Source of the DNA: Candidatus Limnocylindrales bacterium
GTDB taxonomy: Bacteria > Chloroflexota > Limnocylindria > Limnocylindrales > CSP1-4
Assembly (NCBI GenBank): GCA_050014975.1
Contig: JBEKCH010000006.1
Span: forward strand, 4,500-68,499
DNA: 64,000 bases
Direction: 5' to 3'
A model generated the notes under the pieces. The model made no database searches, was not told the origin of the DNA, and worked only from the letters and a program-made list of their open reading frames with translations. This document shows, in pieces, positions 63,879 to 64,000 of this stretch. A program made the position numbers and the translations under genes. Every line of letters begins with the position of its first letter. Position 1 is the first letter of the stretch.

Positions 63879-64000
63879 CTGCGCTCGTTCCCCGGCTGCG
63901 GTGATTCCTCTCAACGGTACCCGGTTTCACGCGATCCGGACGTGGCGCCGAGCGCCATTGTCTGCGGGCAGGGGCTCCGAAACGCCCCGATGGCCCGCCA

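Overview
Very GC-rich bacterial chromosomal segment (GC judged by eye, not computed), almost entirely housekeeping genes. I call 55 protein-coding genes, 53 on the + strand, many joined by ATGA/GTGA start-stop overlaps. I recognised no rRNA, tRNA, CRISPR array, transposase or prophage gene. Gene order follows two conserved monoderm-type superclusters known from Bacillus-like and actinobacterial genomes. The first is rpmF-plsX-(asp23-nusB)-acpP-rnc-smc-ftsY-ffh-rpsP-KH-rimM-trmD-rplS-rnhB-yraN. The second is rpsB-tsf-pyrH-frr-uppS-cdsA-dxr-rseP-(ispG)-proS-nusA-ylxR-infB-rbfA-nrnA-truB/ribF-rpsO-pnp, followed by asd-udg-rnj-ftsK-rodZ-cinA(C)-murC. topA-xerC-femAB-murE-rel lie on the left flank; yajQ, a ThDP enzyme and pncB on the right. 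An archaeal-type ProRS, a short EF-Ts and a FemAB transferase fit a Chloroflexota/Actinomycetota-like monoderm, but the lineage cannot be assigned from this window. The interesting signals are departures from the conserved template. (1) The pnp gene carries an in-frame insertion of about 160 aa with all three DEDDh (DnaQ/PolC-type) 3'-5' exonuclease motifs, between the two RNase PH cores; this is the strongest candidate for something undescribed. (2) truB and ribF form a single 613-aa ORF whose riboflavin-kinase end looks degenerate. (3) The only internal minus-strand gene encodes a surface protein whose signal peptide sits in a different frame from the mature domain. (4) An ECF sigma / Asp-box-propeller anti-sigma pair and a 616-aa membrane-anchored protein are wedged into the ffh-rplS cluster. 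(5) There is a 546-nt non-coding gap with 20-nt direct repeats between ftsY and ffh. (6) A promoter plus nested hairpin/U-tract leader lies upstream of nusA, where rimP is missing. (7) ylxR has no canonical start codon that would include its conserved CxxC motif. All functional calls rest on motif recognition in the supplied translations; no database search was possible.
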